A stretch of 63,780 nt of DNA, filler included, from Folioceros fuciformis (Eukaryota): the NCBI GenBank assembly GCA_049999805.1. It is 17 parts of 17 records of this genome, joined end to end, with 100 filler letters (N's around TTAATTAATTAA, not from the genome) between each part and the next. Parts side by side here need not be neighbours in the genome. Positions count along the whole stretch, not along the records: positions 49,498 to 54,745 come from JBNGIO010000503.1; positions 54,846 to 59,242 come from JBNGIO010000504.1; positions 59,343 to 62,605 come from JBNGIO010000505.1; 14 more parts are not named here. One strand, written 5' to 3'. Position 1 is the first letter of the stretch. The number at the start of each line of letters is the position of its first letter. Shown piece after piece: positions 49,498-61,437 of the stretch. The position numbers and the translations under genes are program-made. A model generated the notes under the pieces. That model worked only from the letters and a program-made list of their open reading frames with translations. It was not told where the DNA came from and searched no databases.

Positions 49498-49941
49498 ACA
49501 ACAGAATACGAGGATGTTATCGGAACAGAAGTATACATGGCTCCAGAAATTCGTTTAGAATTAAATTATAAAGGGGCTCCATGTGATATATGGTCTCTTG
49601 GAGTAACTTTATTCGAGATGCTAACTGGATGCTATCTTTTTATTCAAGACTTTAGAGAGGGTGATTTTGTGGTTAGTGAGTGCTCACTGTTAAGTGCTGA
49701 GAAACTATCCTACGAATGTGTTGACTTATTATTACACATATTTACTTACGATCCGCTAGATCGAATTGATATTCTAGGAATAAAACAACATGATTGGTTT
49801 ATTGGCAAGAAGCACCAGGATAACATAGAAAGATTAGAAAACAATATTTTTAATGTTTTCAAGATGGAAATGAGGAAGTTAAATCAGCATACAAATGTTG
49901 AGAGATACAAAATGAGGAACTCAAAATCGGATAGGTACTAA
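49498..49941 (+). CDS. Ser/Thr protein kinase, C-terminal part (subdomains VIII-XI + tail), SnRK/CAMK-group-like; 5' part missing
   Basis: Open from the contig edge: [57 protein letters not shown]; no internal stops. Confidence 0.9.
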   Translation, partial: TTEYEDVIGTEVYMAPEIRLELNYKGAPCDIWSLGVTLFEMLTGCYLFIQDFREGDFVVSECSLLSAEKLSYECVDLLLHIFTYDPLDRIDILGIKQHDWFIGKKHQDNIERLENNIFNVFKMEMRKLNQHTNVERYKMRNSKSDRY

Positions 49942-50996
49942 ACTTAAACTATATAGTTCTTTTCCTTAAGCATGCAAATTATCCTCATTTTATGTGAGAC
50001 TTTGTTTTGTGCTGTAAACCTTCTTCTTTTCTTTTTTTGCCAAATTTTCACTTGCTCAAGTATTTCTTGAATTCTCAATAACCCTACTAGAGCATAAACT
50101 ATCCCACATCATTGAACACTTATAGATAGTCTTTTTTATTGTATATTAATAATGAATCAATTATATATTTTAATTCTATAGAGTAGAATGAGTTAAAGCT
50201 TAACCACCCTCCCTCCCTCCTTTTACCATTGAGCGTGTACACTAGAGTCCATCCACAAAGATAGGCCCTAGGAAGCACACACATCCACGGACTTCCAGCT
50301 TCTAACGTCTACACATGAAAAAGATGAGACCAAAGATCACTTGGCTTAAAGAACAATAGAAACCAATCAATCAAGCCATCATGAAACTACAATGGATTAG
50401 ATATGGGCCCTCAATATGCTTTGTACTTAAGTGATGAAGTGAGCATCACCACATCTCCACCCTTTACACAATCATCTCCACCCTTTACACAAATCATAAC
50501 CCACTAGACCATGGAGAGGACTCATTACTCCATATAATGTTATGACTTAGATAGTCTAGCAATGTCGAGCAAGTTAACCAGCCCAAGAAGATAGACGTGT
50601 TGAGAGGATAATGATGATGCATTTGATTAGAGAGGCGATCAGCAAATGAAAAGTTATCATGAAAGGGCAGTGGAAAGATAGTTATTTTGGTAGTTAACTT
50701 TGTGCATGAAAGGGCAGTGGAAAGATAGTTATTCTGGTAGTTAACTTTGTCAACGGTTTATATCGGTTGAGGGTGTTTAGTCAAGTAGTTAGCAATGGGA
50801 TGTTGCAAGTATATAAGAGCTTGGAAAGGATGAATGGGCATTATTTGATTGTTCGCTTAAAAAGCTCAAAGTGGGTAGACAATCAGCACACCTTGGCAAC
50901 ACAGTTTGATCTTGAAGCTTGTAGCGGACTGAAAACTGAATCAAAGCTTTTGTGTTACGAAGTTGCGTCTTCATGTTCCATTACACGTGAGAAGGT

Positions 50997-53784
50997 TGAA
51001 GGATTGCTAGGGGAGCCAGATGATGAAGGAGGAAGGGAGCCAGATGATGAAGGAGGAGAGGAGAAAGCAAGGTCTCTCACACTCTCACTATTGCAAGGGA
51101 GATCAAGAGGCTATTTATTATACCCTCTAAAAGAGCTCCCAAGGAAGCTTCACGAGAAGCTCACAGAAAGCTACTCAAGAAGCTTGCTAAAGATTAACTT
51201 AAGCTAATCTAAACAAAAGATACTTAACTAGACAATAATCTTAGACTAAACACATTAGTCTAAGCACATTGCGCTTTAATAACCTTACAACCTCCCTTAA
51301 AGGCCAATTTACCTTCATAAGAGAGTGGTCTACCTCATGCCCATGAGTGTCCGAGCTTGTGCGAATTGCTCCGTAGAGAGCCCCTTGGTAAAAATATCTG
51401 CAAGGTTATGACTGGTGTGAACTTTGACAAGTTGTACCCTCTTGTCTTCCAACACCTCTCGAATGAAGTGATACTTCACTTCCACATGTTTGGTCTTCGC
51501 AAAACAATGGATTCTTTGCCAATTGGATAGCACTCTGGCTATCACAATGCAACACTGGCAGCTCAACCTTGATCCCCAAGTCTCCACTAAACGAGCAAGC
51601 CACATAGCTTCCTTGCAAGCCTCAGTCGCTGCAACATACTCGGCCTCTGTGGTAGATAGCGTTATGCACGATTGCAAACGAGATCGCCATGAGACTTCCC
51701 CTCTAGTGCACATGAAGACATAACCTGATGTGGACCTCTTTTTGTCCATATCCCCTGCATAATCAGCATATGTATATCCAACAATAGATGCATCTTCACT
51801 ACCAAAACATATGCACAAAGCTTTTGTACCATTTGAATACCTCATAACTCCTTTTACTGCCTCCCACTGCTTCTTGCTAGGGTTTGACATAAACCTGCTA
51901 ACCACTCCCACTACAAAAGCGATGTCAGGACGTGTAGCAATCTTTGCATACATCAAACTCCCTACAGTTGATGAGTATGGAACGTTCTCTATTTCAGCTT
52001 CGTCCTCCGCAGAGCTTGGGCAATCCTTGCTCGAAAGTTTCACATATGGAGGCAACGGAGTACTCAATACCTTCCCCTTCTCCATGTTGAAACGTTGAAG
52101 CACCCTGTTAATGTATTCAGTCTAAGACAAGTAAAGCAAATGCTTATATCTGTCTCAACGAATACGCATGCCAAGAATATGGCTTGCCTCTCCCAAGTCT
52201 GTCATGTCAAAGCGAGCATTCAACTTTGACTTCAACGCTGAAATCTCATCACTGCTATTCCCAGCAAGTAGCATATCATCCACATAGAGGACCAAAATGA
52301 GCAAGCTTCCATCCTTAGATTGCTTTGTATAAAGGCAATGATCCTCATCCCTACGTTTGTAGCCTTGAGAAAGCATAAATGAGTGGAACTTGTAATACCA
52401 CTCTTTGGGTGCCTGTTTCAAACCATAAAGGCTCTTCTTTAACCTGCACACCAGATTCTCTCTGCCCTTCTCAATGAAACCCTCTGGTTGCTGCATGTAT
52501 ACCTCTTCTTGGAGATCACCATGCAAAAATGCCGACTTCACATCCATCTGGACAAGTTCCATGTCATTCCTCGCAACCAAAGCAAGAACACATTGCAAAG
52601 TGGTCATTTTGACAAATTCCCAAGTTTGGTTCTTACAGAGCGAATCCATCTGCGACTACATCGCCTTCTCCCACTTGTCCTTGTCAGTCATTGACATGGC
52701 CTCTTTGTAATAAGAGGGCTCCCCACAATCCGTCAACATGACATAATCAAGAGATGCAACATACTTGTCAGGAGGACGTGAAATCCTTCCTGACCTACGA
52801 AGCACAGGCGCCTCGACCAAAGCTGGTTGCACTCTCTTCTTCTACAAGTGGAGGAACGGGTTCCTGCACATCACGACATTCAACCTGCACATGACGGTCA
52901 AGTCCATCTTCTTAGAAGACCACTCATCACACCTCCACAGTTGGAGTAGGCGTCTTGTGCATTTTGTTCTCATTGAAGAACACGTCATTGATGCGAACAA
53001 CCTTCTTGGCTTCTGGATCCCATAAACGGTATCCTATCTCACCAGAGTCACCATAGCCAAGAAAAATACATTTTCTGGACTTGGGTGCCAACTTGTCCCG
53101 AAACTCATTTGGAACATGGTAGTATGCCTTGCAGCCAAACACTCGTAGATGCTTGTAAGACGACCTCTTTCCATATCACAGCTCCTCTGGAACCTGCTCA
53201 TCCACAGCCTTATTAGGAGATCTGTTAATAAGATGCACTGCAGTAGATACTGCTTCTGCCCAAAATTCGTTAGGCAATCCAGAGTTTGACAACAAACTAC
53301 ACATCCTCTCCTGGATGGTCCTGTTCATCCGTTCAGCCACACCATTCTGGGGAGGAGTATACTGCCTCGGGGTAGTCAATTCTCTCTTGATTCCCTTGGA
53401 ATCACAGAATGACTAGAAAGTCTTCGAAACGTACTCTCCACCATTGTCTGTCCTAAGACACTTTAGTCGGAGGCTAGACTGATTCTCCACAAGGGTGACG
53501 AATTTCTGAAACACTGTCAGAACATCATCCTTTTTCCTTAAAGGATAAACCCACACCTTGCGTGAGAAATCATCTATGAAAGTGAAAAAATAGGATGCAC
53601 CGCCTAATGATGCAGTGGGCATAGGTCCACAAACGTCATTGTGAACCAATTCAAGATGTTTACTTTTGTGTTTACCTCTCGCTCTATGTGGTGATTTCGT
53701 CTGTTTCCCATACAAACAGTGCTCACATACAAGGAAATCGGAGAAGTCAAAAGTAGGGACATAACCAAAACGAGATAAGATCTT
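50997..53784 (-). mobile_element. Copia family A 3' half: IN-RT-RH pseudogene, PPT (51290-51298) and 3' LTR (50997-51289)
   Basis: CLRTDNGGEY, QMDVKSAFLHG, YVDDML, STTEAEY, ADIFTKGL; AAGGGAGGT followed by the LTR TGTAAGG...CCTTCA, matching 34253-34557. Confidence 0.95.
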
Positions 53785-54845
53785 ACTTACTCTCTGACTT
53801 TGGTACGCTTGCAACTGTCCATGGCAGCTATGCCTCGCCATCTGTATGATGTCAAAGTACTTGTTCTTGATTGGACTGTCCTGACAGTCCAATGGCTGAT
53901 TCGGCGGAACAAACTCTGGCATGCTGGTTACTCTGAAGACTTGGCTCTACTGCCACTTTACCCTAGTCCATCCAATTTGGTTGGACTCTAGAAAATGACT
54001 CCGGTGTAATATCGAAGTAGAGCTCCGATATATTTTTGGGGCTGACAAGAACTTGAGTGAACACACTTAGTTGGTAGATACAGATAGTTCAAGGGGTGAA
54101 ACAAGGAGTTAGATGAGTCGGGCAAAAATCTAAAGAAGGTATGTTGACATGCTGAAAATATGTCGCAGAGAATAAGAAAAACGAAAAAAGAGTAGGATTG
54201 ATGGGTTTGTCAATGAGGTAGAAGATCATTAAGCAAGTGGATGTGGGGAGTACGACTTGAGTGGTGATCAAGAGGGGGATGCTAGTTAGAAGAAGTCAGG
54301 CAGTATTGCAAAGCTTAAGTGGGATTAAAATGGACTGGTGATAGAGTGCTTGTATTTGTTTTTTAGAGAGAGAGAGAGAGGAAACTTTAGTTGGGGAGAG
54401 TTATGGCAAGGACAAGTGTACCGGAGGGCGAGTGTAAAGGAAGAAGGTGGGAGCAATGGGCATTACTGCTAGAGGAATTTTGCAGGGAGTGGGGAGCAAT
54501 AGTGGTCGTGGCCATGGCGGGCGAGAATAGAGAGTGAGTAGGGGGAGCCTATGCTTCTAGGGCGAGACCAAAAAAGAAATTGAAAGGCAGCGCGGGGCCC
54601 AAGCTTCCATCATCCAGACTTCCCAAGGCTCAACTTAGATAGCAACTTTTGGAGCAGGCTGCTAAGTTGGAGCAGCTTAAAAAGGGTGTTAATCCCAGCT
54701 TGGAAAGGTTGAAGGAGGTAGTCACACATGTGTGTGGGCTACCTGNNNNNNNNNNNNNNNNNNNNNNNNNNNNNNNNNNNNNNNNNNNNTTAATTAATTA
54801 ANNNNNNNNNNNNNNNNNNNNNNNNNNNNNNNNNNNNNNNNNNNN

Positions 54846-55992
54846 CGGGTACCATATTTTAACCCCACACTACACCATAGCTGAGGTTAGTCCCGGCAAA
54901 TCCACCTCCTGTGACTCCACAGGGGCCATTCCCCTCTTGGTTATCTGCCTCCCCAGCAGCGCTTGCAATCTCTCCAGCTCCCTTGCCTGCAACCTGTCCA
55001 CTTGAGGAATTGTTTTAAAAACATCTTCCCATCCTGGGAAGACTTCATGTTCCGGATCGTGACCTAATTCGCTCATGACCTCAGGAGGGGCCACTTCCAT
55101 TTCTGGCACCTGCTCCTGAGGTGCTTCTGGCTCCTCCTCGTTCTATTCCTCCTCCGCTGGCTCCTGGTCTGCTGGCTCCTGGTCTATTGGCTCCTGGTCT
55201 ACTAGCTCCTGGTCTGCTGGCGCCTGGTCTGCTACCCCCTAGTCTGCTTGTTCCGGGGCTGCCTCCTGTGGCGCTGACCCGCTTCCTCTCCTGGTGATTT
55301 GCTCACTGGCCCGTATCGTCTTGGCAGGAGTCTTCTTCCCTGCCCCCGCCTTCCTCTTCTGCCTGGTGGGGGTCTCCTCCTTCGAGCTGTCCGCACCGCC
55401 TGACTCCCAGCTGTTGGAGTCGGCTCCCACTGGCTTGGTGGGCTTCCACTTCACATCCCTTGTTAGCCTCCACATATGCAGCGAGGCGAGTACCTCCATT
55501 TCAAACACAAGGTTAGCATAGCAGTAAATATGGATAAGGAAGGGGGAGATCATCAAAGGCTGAGGAGAGGGCAGGGTCAGATTCTGCCTCTCCTCATCCA
55601 TCCTGGCGTACAGGATTTTCCCCCAATCTACCTTGCTCCCTTTGACAACCTTGTACACGAACAGGAGCATCTGGTCAGACAAATAATCCTGCTTGCGAAC
55701 CTGGAGGAAGCTAAGGAACCATCTGGCCAAGCCCATCGGCTGGGGGTTGGCCACACCACAGATCAGCCATCCATTGGCTTCCTTTTTGGTGCCCAGCTTG
55801 AACAGCACCTCGGCGTCCGCTGTACTGTTGCGCTTCTTCAAGGACTCCAGCACAAGTCCTCCCTCCTCCTGCTGGTCGCGGCCATACACCCGGCTCACCA
55901 GCTCTAGGTTCTAGTCTTGGGGCTTGCCATGGACTCCCTCCTCTCGGACGAGCTCTCTCAACTTCAAAGCGCACTCCATGACCAATTGCGGC
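54846..55992 (-). pseudogene. ORF-X copy, 5' end cut by an LTR insertion
   Basis: PQLVMECALK...VYGRDQQEEGG...DWGKILYARMDEERQ...ISPFLIHIY...IPQVDRLQA; contains 15-bp (ADQEP-type) repeats at ~55155-55240. Confidence 0.75.
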
Positions 55993-56230
55993 TGTAGAGG
56001 AAAAAACCTTTCAGGACTCCCAGTTTGAGGAACAAAATGAACAAGTTGTGTTTTTTTTTTGTAAAGATGAGAATGGCTCGGCTTAGTATGGAAATAAAAC
56101 TTGGGTATTTATACCCAAAGGGCTCCTTGGCCTTGGTGATATGATAGGATGGAGTGACAAGACCAAGGGGAAGTGTGGGCGAGGGCGTTCTTGGCCCTTG
56201 GTAGTGTGGGGGCACCCAAGTGTTTATATA
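55993..56230 (-). mobile_element. LTR fragment of another family
   Basis: Starts TGTAGAGG exactly where ORF-X homology stops; minus-strand TATAAATA at 56105-56112. Confidence 0.6.
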
Positions 56231-56606
56231 TGTACCCCCCCCCTAGAAAATAAGAAGCAGGAAATGGGGTAGGGGCTTAGGTAGTTAGGGACTTGGGCGA
56301 AAAACCGGAGTGCGATGACTAGGGGACGATAGTTGATTGGGCGACCATCGGGAAAGGGAAACCGACAGTAGCCCAACCGGCAGTAGTGGAACGGGAATGG
56401 CAGCACGAAACCCTAGGGGGAAGCAGGGGAGGGCCTGGGCAGTAATCGAGGCAGAAACTTTCGCGAATTGGAACGGGAGCGGGAGTTGCCGTGAAGCACG
56501 ACGACGACGGTAGGGAAGTGGAAGCTTGGGCAGTATAGTAGAGCGGGTGGAGAGCGCTGGCGACCACAGGCGCAGGAGGGTAGAAAGGTTTGGATTACGA
56601 AGGAGG

Positions 56607-58829
56607 ATGAGGTCGCGGCTAGAGTTGCTACCAGGAGTATCGGTACCTGAGCAGGAAGAGGGAGAGTTCCCTGTACCGAGGATGGATGTGCTCCTTTGGC
56701 CCAACATGGAACACTTGAGGCTCAGAGCCGGAGGACTGGTCGGAGAATTAGGCCTCGAGTTCATGCCCCAGAGGTGGAATCATGCGGCGCCGCAGCTGGT
56801 GAGGGAGTGCGCCCTGAAAATGAGAGCCCGCCCGGGAAGAGGGAATACGCGGCAGACCTCAGGCGTGGAAATTAGAGCTGGTAAGGCAAGTGTATGGCCG
56901 TGACCAGCAGGAGGAGGGAGGACTAATGCTGGAGTCTTTAAAGAAACGAGGTGGCATGGCGGAGGCCGAAGGGCTACTCAAACCAGGCACCGAGAAGGAA
57001 GCCAACGAGTGGCTGGTCCGCGATATGGCCAACCCGCAGCTGATGGGTCTGGCCAGGTGGTTCCTATGTTTTCTGCAAGTCCGCAAGCAAGATTATTTGT
57101 CCGACCAGATGCTCCTGTTTGTGCACGAGGTGGTAAAAGGGAGCAAGCGGACTGGGGGAAAATCCTGTACGCCAGGATGGATGAAGAAAGGCAAAATCTA
57201 ACCCTATCTTCTTCCCGACCTTCAATGATTTCTCCCTTTCTAATTCATATCTATTGCTATGCTAATCTCGTGTCTGAGCTGGAGGTCCTCGCCCCACTGC
57301 ACATGTGGAGACCAATAAGAGATGTAAAGTGGAAGCCCGCCGAACCAGCAAGAGCCGACTCCAGCAGCTTGGAGGCAGGAGATGCGGACAGTTCGGAGGA
57401 GGAGACCCCGCCAGGCAGAAGAGAAAGGCAGGGTCAGGGAAAAAGGCTCCCGCCAAGAGGAGACAGGCCAGTGGTCAGGTAGTCAGAAAAGGAAGTGGGT
57501 TGGTGTCACAGGAGGTAGGCTTGGAACGAGCTGAGGAGGAGCAGGAAGCTATTCAAGAAACAACAGACCAAGGGTCGGCAGAGCAGGAACTGAACGAAGG
57601 GGAACGAGAGGCACCTCAGGAGCATATGCCAATGATGGAAGTGACCCCTCCTGAGGGAAGAAGGGAATTAGGGCACGATCCGGAGTGGGAAGCCTTTCCA
57701 GAATGGGAGGATGTTTTTAGGAAGATCCCTCAGGTGGATAGGTTGCAGGCGGAGGAGCTGGAGAAGATACGAGCGCTGATGGGGAGGCAGATAACCAAGA
57801 GGGGAATGGCCCCTGTGGAGTCGTAGGAGGTGGATCTGCCAGGACTAACCTCAGCTATGGTGCGGGTCCAAGCGGACGTGTTGGACCAGGTGGCTAGGGC
57901 ATTGACCTGGACAAGCAGGTAGGTGGAGAAGGAGGCCGAGGCCCAAAGTGGAGAGGCAGGGGCAAGAGGAAAGGAATCCGAAGCCTGGAGATGGCTGGCG
58001 GAGTCTGAAACGGCACGACGGCTTCTGGAAGAAGAGCGGCGGGTCTTGAGTGAGGGCAAGGCACAAGCAAAGGAAGAGGCGCGCCAGGCTAGGGCAAAGA
58101 TCCAGGCGCTAATGGAGCAACAGGAGTCGCTCCTAGCTCAGGTGAGGGTAGCCCATGAAACTAATTTGGAAATACAGCAGGAGTTGGCTGAGGCTTAGGA
58201 GCAGGAGATGGCTCCGATGAAACAAGCCCAGAAGTTGGCGGACAAGTACAAACGGGAGCGGAACGAGGCTAGGGAGCTAGTAAAAGGGAAGGGCAAGGCC
58301 GGGCACTATGGCCGGACAACGATGCCGGTAGCGGGAGGGGCTACTGATAGTCCAGTTTCAGAACCGGTAGCCGAAGGGGCTACCAGTAATCCAGTTTTGG
58401 ATCCGGTAGTTGGAGGGGCTACCGGTAGTCGCGTGTCAGAACCGGTAGCCCCTTCGGCTACCGGTAGTCGCGTGTCAAAACCGGTAGCCGGCGGGGCTAC
58501 TGATACTCTCGTGCCGCCTGAGGTAGTTGAAGGGGTTACCGGAAGGGGTGGTGCGACCCCGGTAGCCGAAGTCACGACCCCGGTAGCCGGAACAGCAAGA
58601 GCAAGAGCAAGGGCGCCTATGCCTAGGCGTTCTAGGAGGGCGACTCGCACCAGGCGGGTAGAGCCGGAGGAAGCAGTAGCAGCCGGGGGAATGGAGGACT
58701 CTCAGGTACCCCAAGAGAGCGGGGTCAGGCAGCCCGAAGTAGCCCAAGGGAGGAAGGGGTAAGCACCTCCCTTATGACAGAGGGTTAGGTTATGCTGTAG
58801 TATGAGGAGGAGACTTCTTATGTGCCAGG
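56607..58829 (+). pseudogene. ORF-X, most complete copy (ATHILA/Transposase_32-like domain, acidic linker, coiled coil, 13-aa repeats)
   Basis: Consecutive frameshifted ORFs 56526-56903, 56890-57201, 57009-57482, 57305-57826, 57923-58198 and 58208-58762 are colinear with the other three copies; ~375 bp downstream of a TG-starting junction at 56231. Confidence 0.75.
58325..58519 (+). repeat. In-frame 39-bp tandem repeat x5 (PVAxGATxSxVSE)
   Basis: CCGGTAG...GGCTAC units every 39 nt. Confidence 0.9.
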
Positions 58830-59242
58830 TGTGAACCTCCAAAGTTTGGGGTAGTAGTTTGTTTTGATTGAAAAAGGGTTGATAGTGGTATGGTTTGGTT
58901 TTCTTTTTCAACTTATTTTCCCTAATTTTCCTTGATTTTCTGATCATTTTTCCTATTTTTCTTTGTGTTAATTGGGTTAATTGACTAGGAAATAGTTGGT
59001 TTGGTTATAGGAGTGGGTATAGGTTTGGTCCCAGACCTGGGAAGGTTTAGGTTCGGTACCAGGCCATAGGGTTGGGAAAGTTTGAGTCTAGGTCTGGTGA
59101 TTAGTTTAATATTAATTAAAGATATATAATATTAAATGATTAAATATTAATAATAAAATAATAAAATGATAAAATAATGGTTTGAACATAGGAACGGGTA
59201 TCTGGGTATGTCAGTGTCAGGGGTCAGGGTCTGACGATAGGC
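58830..59242 (+). mobile_element. Gypsy LTR-B 5' part inserted in ORF-X
   Basis: TGTGAACCTCCAAAGTTTGGGG...; interrupts the YVPG codons. Confidence 0.88.
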
Positions 59243-59342
59243 NNNNNNNNNNNNNNNNNNNNNNNNNNNNNNNNNNNNNNNNNNNNTTAATTAATTAANN
59301 NNNNNNNNNNNNNNNNNNNNNNNNNNNNNNNNNNNNNNNNNN

Positions 59343-60490
59343 ATAATGCTGGCTGTGGCCAGAGTTTGAATTGCCATAGAGAGTTGCAGACAGATTTAAG
59401 ACTCGCAACACAAACCTGCAGCTGAGAATGAAGGGCAGTGCAAGGTTTTGATCCAGCCGTGGACCGTTGTGCATTTGGACCATGGGTGTGAAATTGGGCC
59501 ACCAGCACAGCTTTCACTTGTAGGCTTTTTCTGTTAGTAAGAGCAGGAGCGTGGATCTTTAGGTGGGGAGGGATATGGGTGGTTTGTGGACCCGTGTGAG
59601 TGCCATCCATACCCTTTTACACAAGGGGTGAATGAAGAATGTGCAAAGCGGAGCACGGAAGCCTTGTGGTTGAGGTTGATCTTTGGAAGCGACTGGGAGA
59701 TACATGGAGCTATGTCAACGACAGTGGTGGGAGTGCGTGGGGAAACCTTAGTCGACAACCTACAAGAGGGTCTTAAGGTGGAACTTGATGAGGATGATTT
59801 CAACGTGGATGCAGGCTGGGCAGGTCTGAATGAGGTTCTCAATTCCCTTGAATGGGGCATGTGGGAGCTGTTTCAGCTCACACAGGTGAGATACGCAGAA
59901 GGAAAGGAAGCAGCATGGCTATGCATTGAGTGCATGACAAAGAGCAAGGCAGCGTGACTTCTTTATAAGCGATGACGTGAATGTGCTGCAAGCTTAAGGT
60001 GTGGTATAGGTTTTACGGTGGTGAGCGTTTGTGTCTAGAAGTGTACGTCTGTCAAAGGAGAGGGTTGCGTGGTGAACGTCCGTAAGCTGAGACAGTAGGC
60101 TGTGTGAAATAATGCTGGCTGTGGTCAGACTTTGAATTGCCATAGAGAGTTGCAGCCAGATTTGAGACTCGCATCACACACCTGCAGGTAAGAACGAAGG
60201 GCAGTGCAATGGTTTGATCCAGCCGTGGACCGTTGTGCATTTGGACCATGGCTGTGAAATTCGGCCACTAGCACAGCTTTCACTCGTAGGGACTGTGTAT
60301 GAGTAGTAAAAGGAGGAGCATGGGTACTTGCGTAGGAAGGGATCAAAGAAAATGTGGTGGTTTGTGGACCCGTGTGAGTGCCATTCATACCTTTTTTCAC
60401 AATCGGTGAATGAAGAAGGTGCAGAGAGGAGCGCGAAAGCTTTGGGGTTTACGTTCATCTTTTGAAGCGACTGTGAGATATGGAATGCTG
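59343..60490. repeat. Diverged direct duplication with 766-bp offset
   Basis: 59343-~59715 matches 60109-~60490 (ATAATGCTGGCTGTGG...TTTGATCCAGCCGTGGACCGTTGTGCATTTGGACCATGG...GCGACTG.GAGATA). Confidence 0.9.
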
Positions 60491-61437
60491 CCACAGCATC
60501 TTCACGGTCCGCTTGCTTGCAGCTGGAGCTTCTAATCTCCACTACGAAGTGCCTGAAGGCAGGCTGTGTTCGTCACTTAAGAGCGCACAAGTGCAATGGC
60601 CACCATGTAACCGGCCCGCTTCTCGCGGAGCGTGGCCTACATTCTTGCTCTTGTGTCGGCCAATCGTGCTTCGGCACCCAGCAGCCTGGCTCCACGTGGA
60701 GCAGAAAGCAGTTGGTGGTGACAATGCCGCCGGTTTGAAATTGACCGGCAGTGCCCTCATTGGTTGGGTGTATCAAGTCAACAGCGGAAAATTCCAAGAT
60801 GTTTCTTGCCATTGAAGTGCGATTTGCTCGGCGCTCTCTCGGCGGTGCTGGATAGGAGACGCCGGGGAACTGCTCAATTGCAGCGCTGGCCACTGGCTAT
60901 AAACGTATGCTCATCCTTGCAGCGAGTGGGGGGAACGTTGTGAGGGATTCGGGGCGGGCAGTCCTTCAAGGATCTGCCTTTCCGCCGCCATGGAGAGTGC
61001 TGTGCTGGGAAATTTTGAATTGGGCTGGGGAGGAGTTGTTGAAGGTTGCACCTGCAATTCCTTCTCGGGCGACGAGCCCCCGGTGAGGAACTTGGAGACG
61101 ACGCTTTCCTGACCAAGTGAGTGCATTATGACTGGAGTGGGTTGTACGCGGTAGGTAAAGGCGCCGGCGGAAGCTGCGGGGTTGCCTCACCATAACGGTG
61201 TCCAAACGTCCTTTGAGCGGTGCTTTCCCGATCGGTGCAGCCGACGCAAGGACAGCTCCAGGATTTGGAATTTGACAGCCACCGGAGCTATCACAGCAAC
61301 TCGGCCAGCCTGCGTTGAGGAGAGGCAGTGCTCCACGATCTTTCACTCCGCAAGCGTACTGTTTTCCCTTAGTACAACCTCCCGTGGAGGTCTGAGCAGA
61401 CTCCCGACTCTCTGCATTGTGGTGAAGAAGACAAATA

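Noticed and set aside
50453-50750. Short direct duplications (21-bp and 47-bp offsets) as a functional array
   Set aside because: Two copies each; ordinary local duplications with no further structure.
50767-51207. 146-aa ORF (and similar ORFs 98-439 and 34412-34807) as genes
   Set aside because: They run antisense through the Copia A LTR and its flanks; the shared peptide reflects the shared LTR.
53870-53893. Hairpin ATTGGACTGTC-CT-GACAGTCCAAT as a Helitron end or terminator
   Set aside because: Single occurrence with no adjacent CTRR terminus or other supporting structure.
56607-58829. Calling ORF-X an envelope gene or a true transposase
   Set aside because: No clear signal peptide, transmembrane helix or DDE triad is visible; only family-like motifs.
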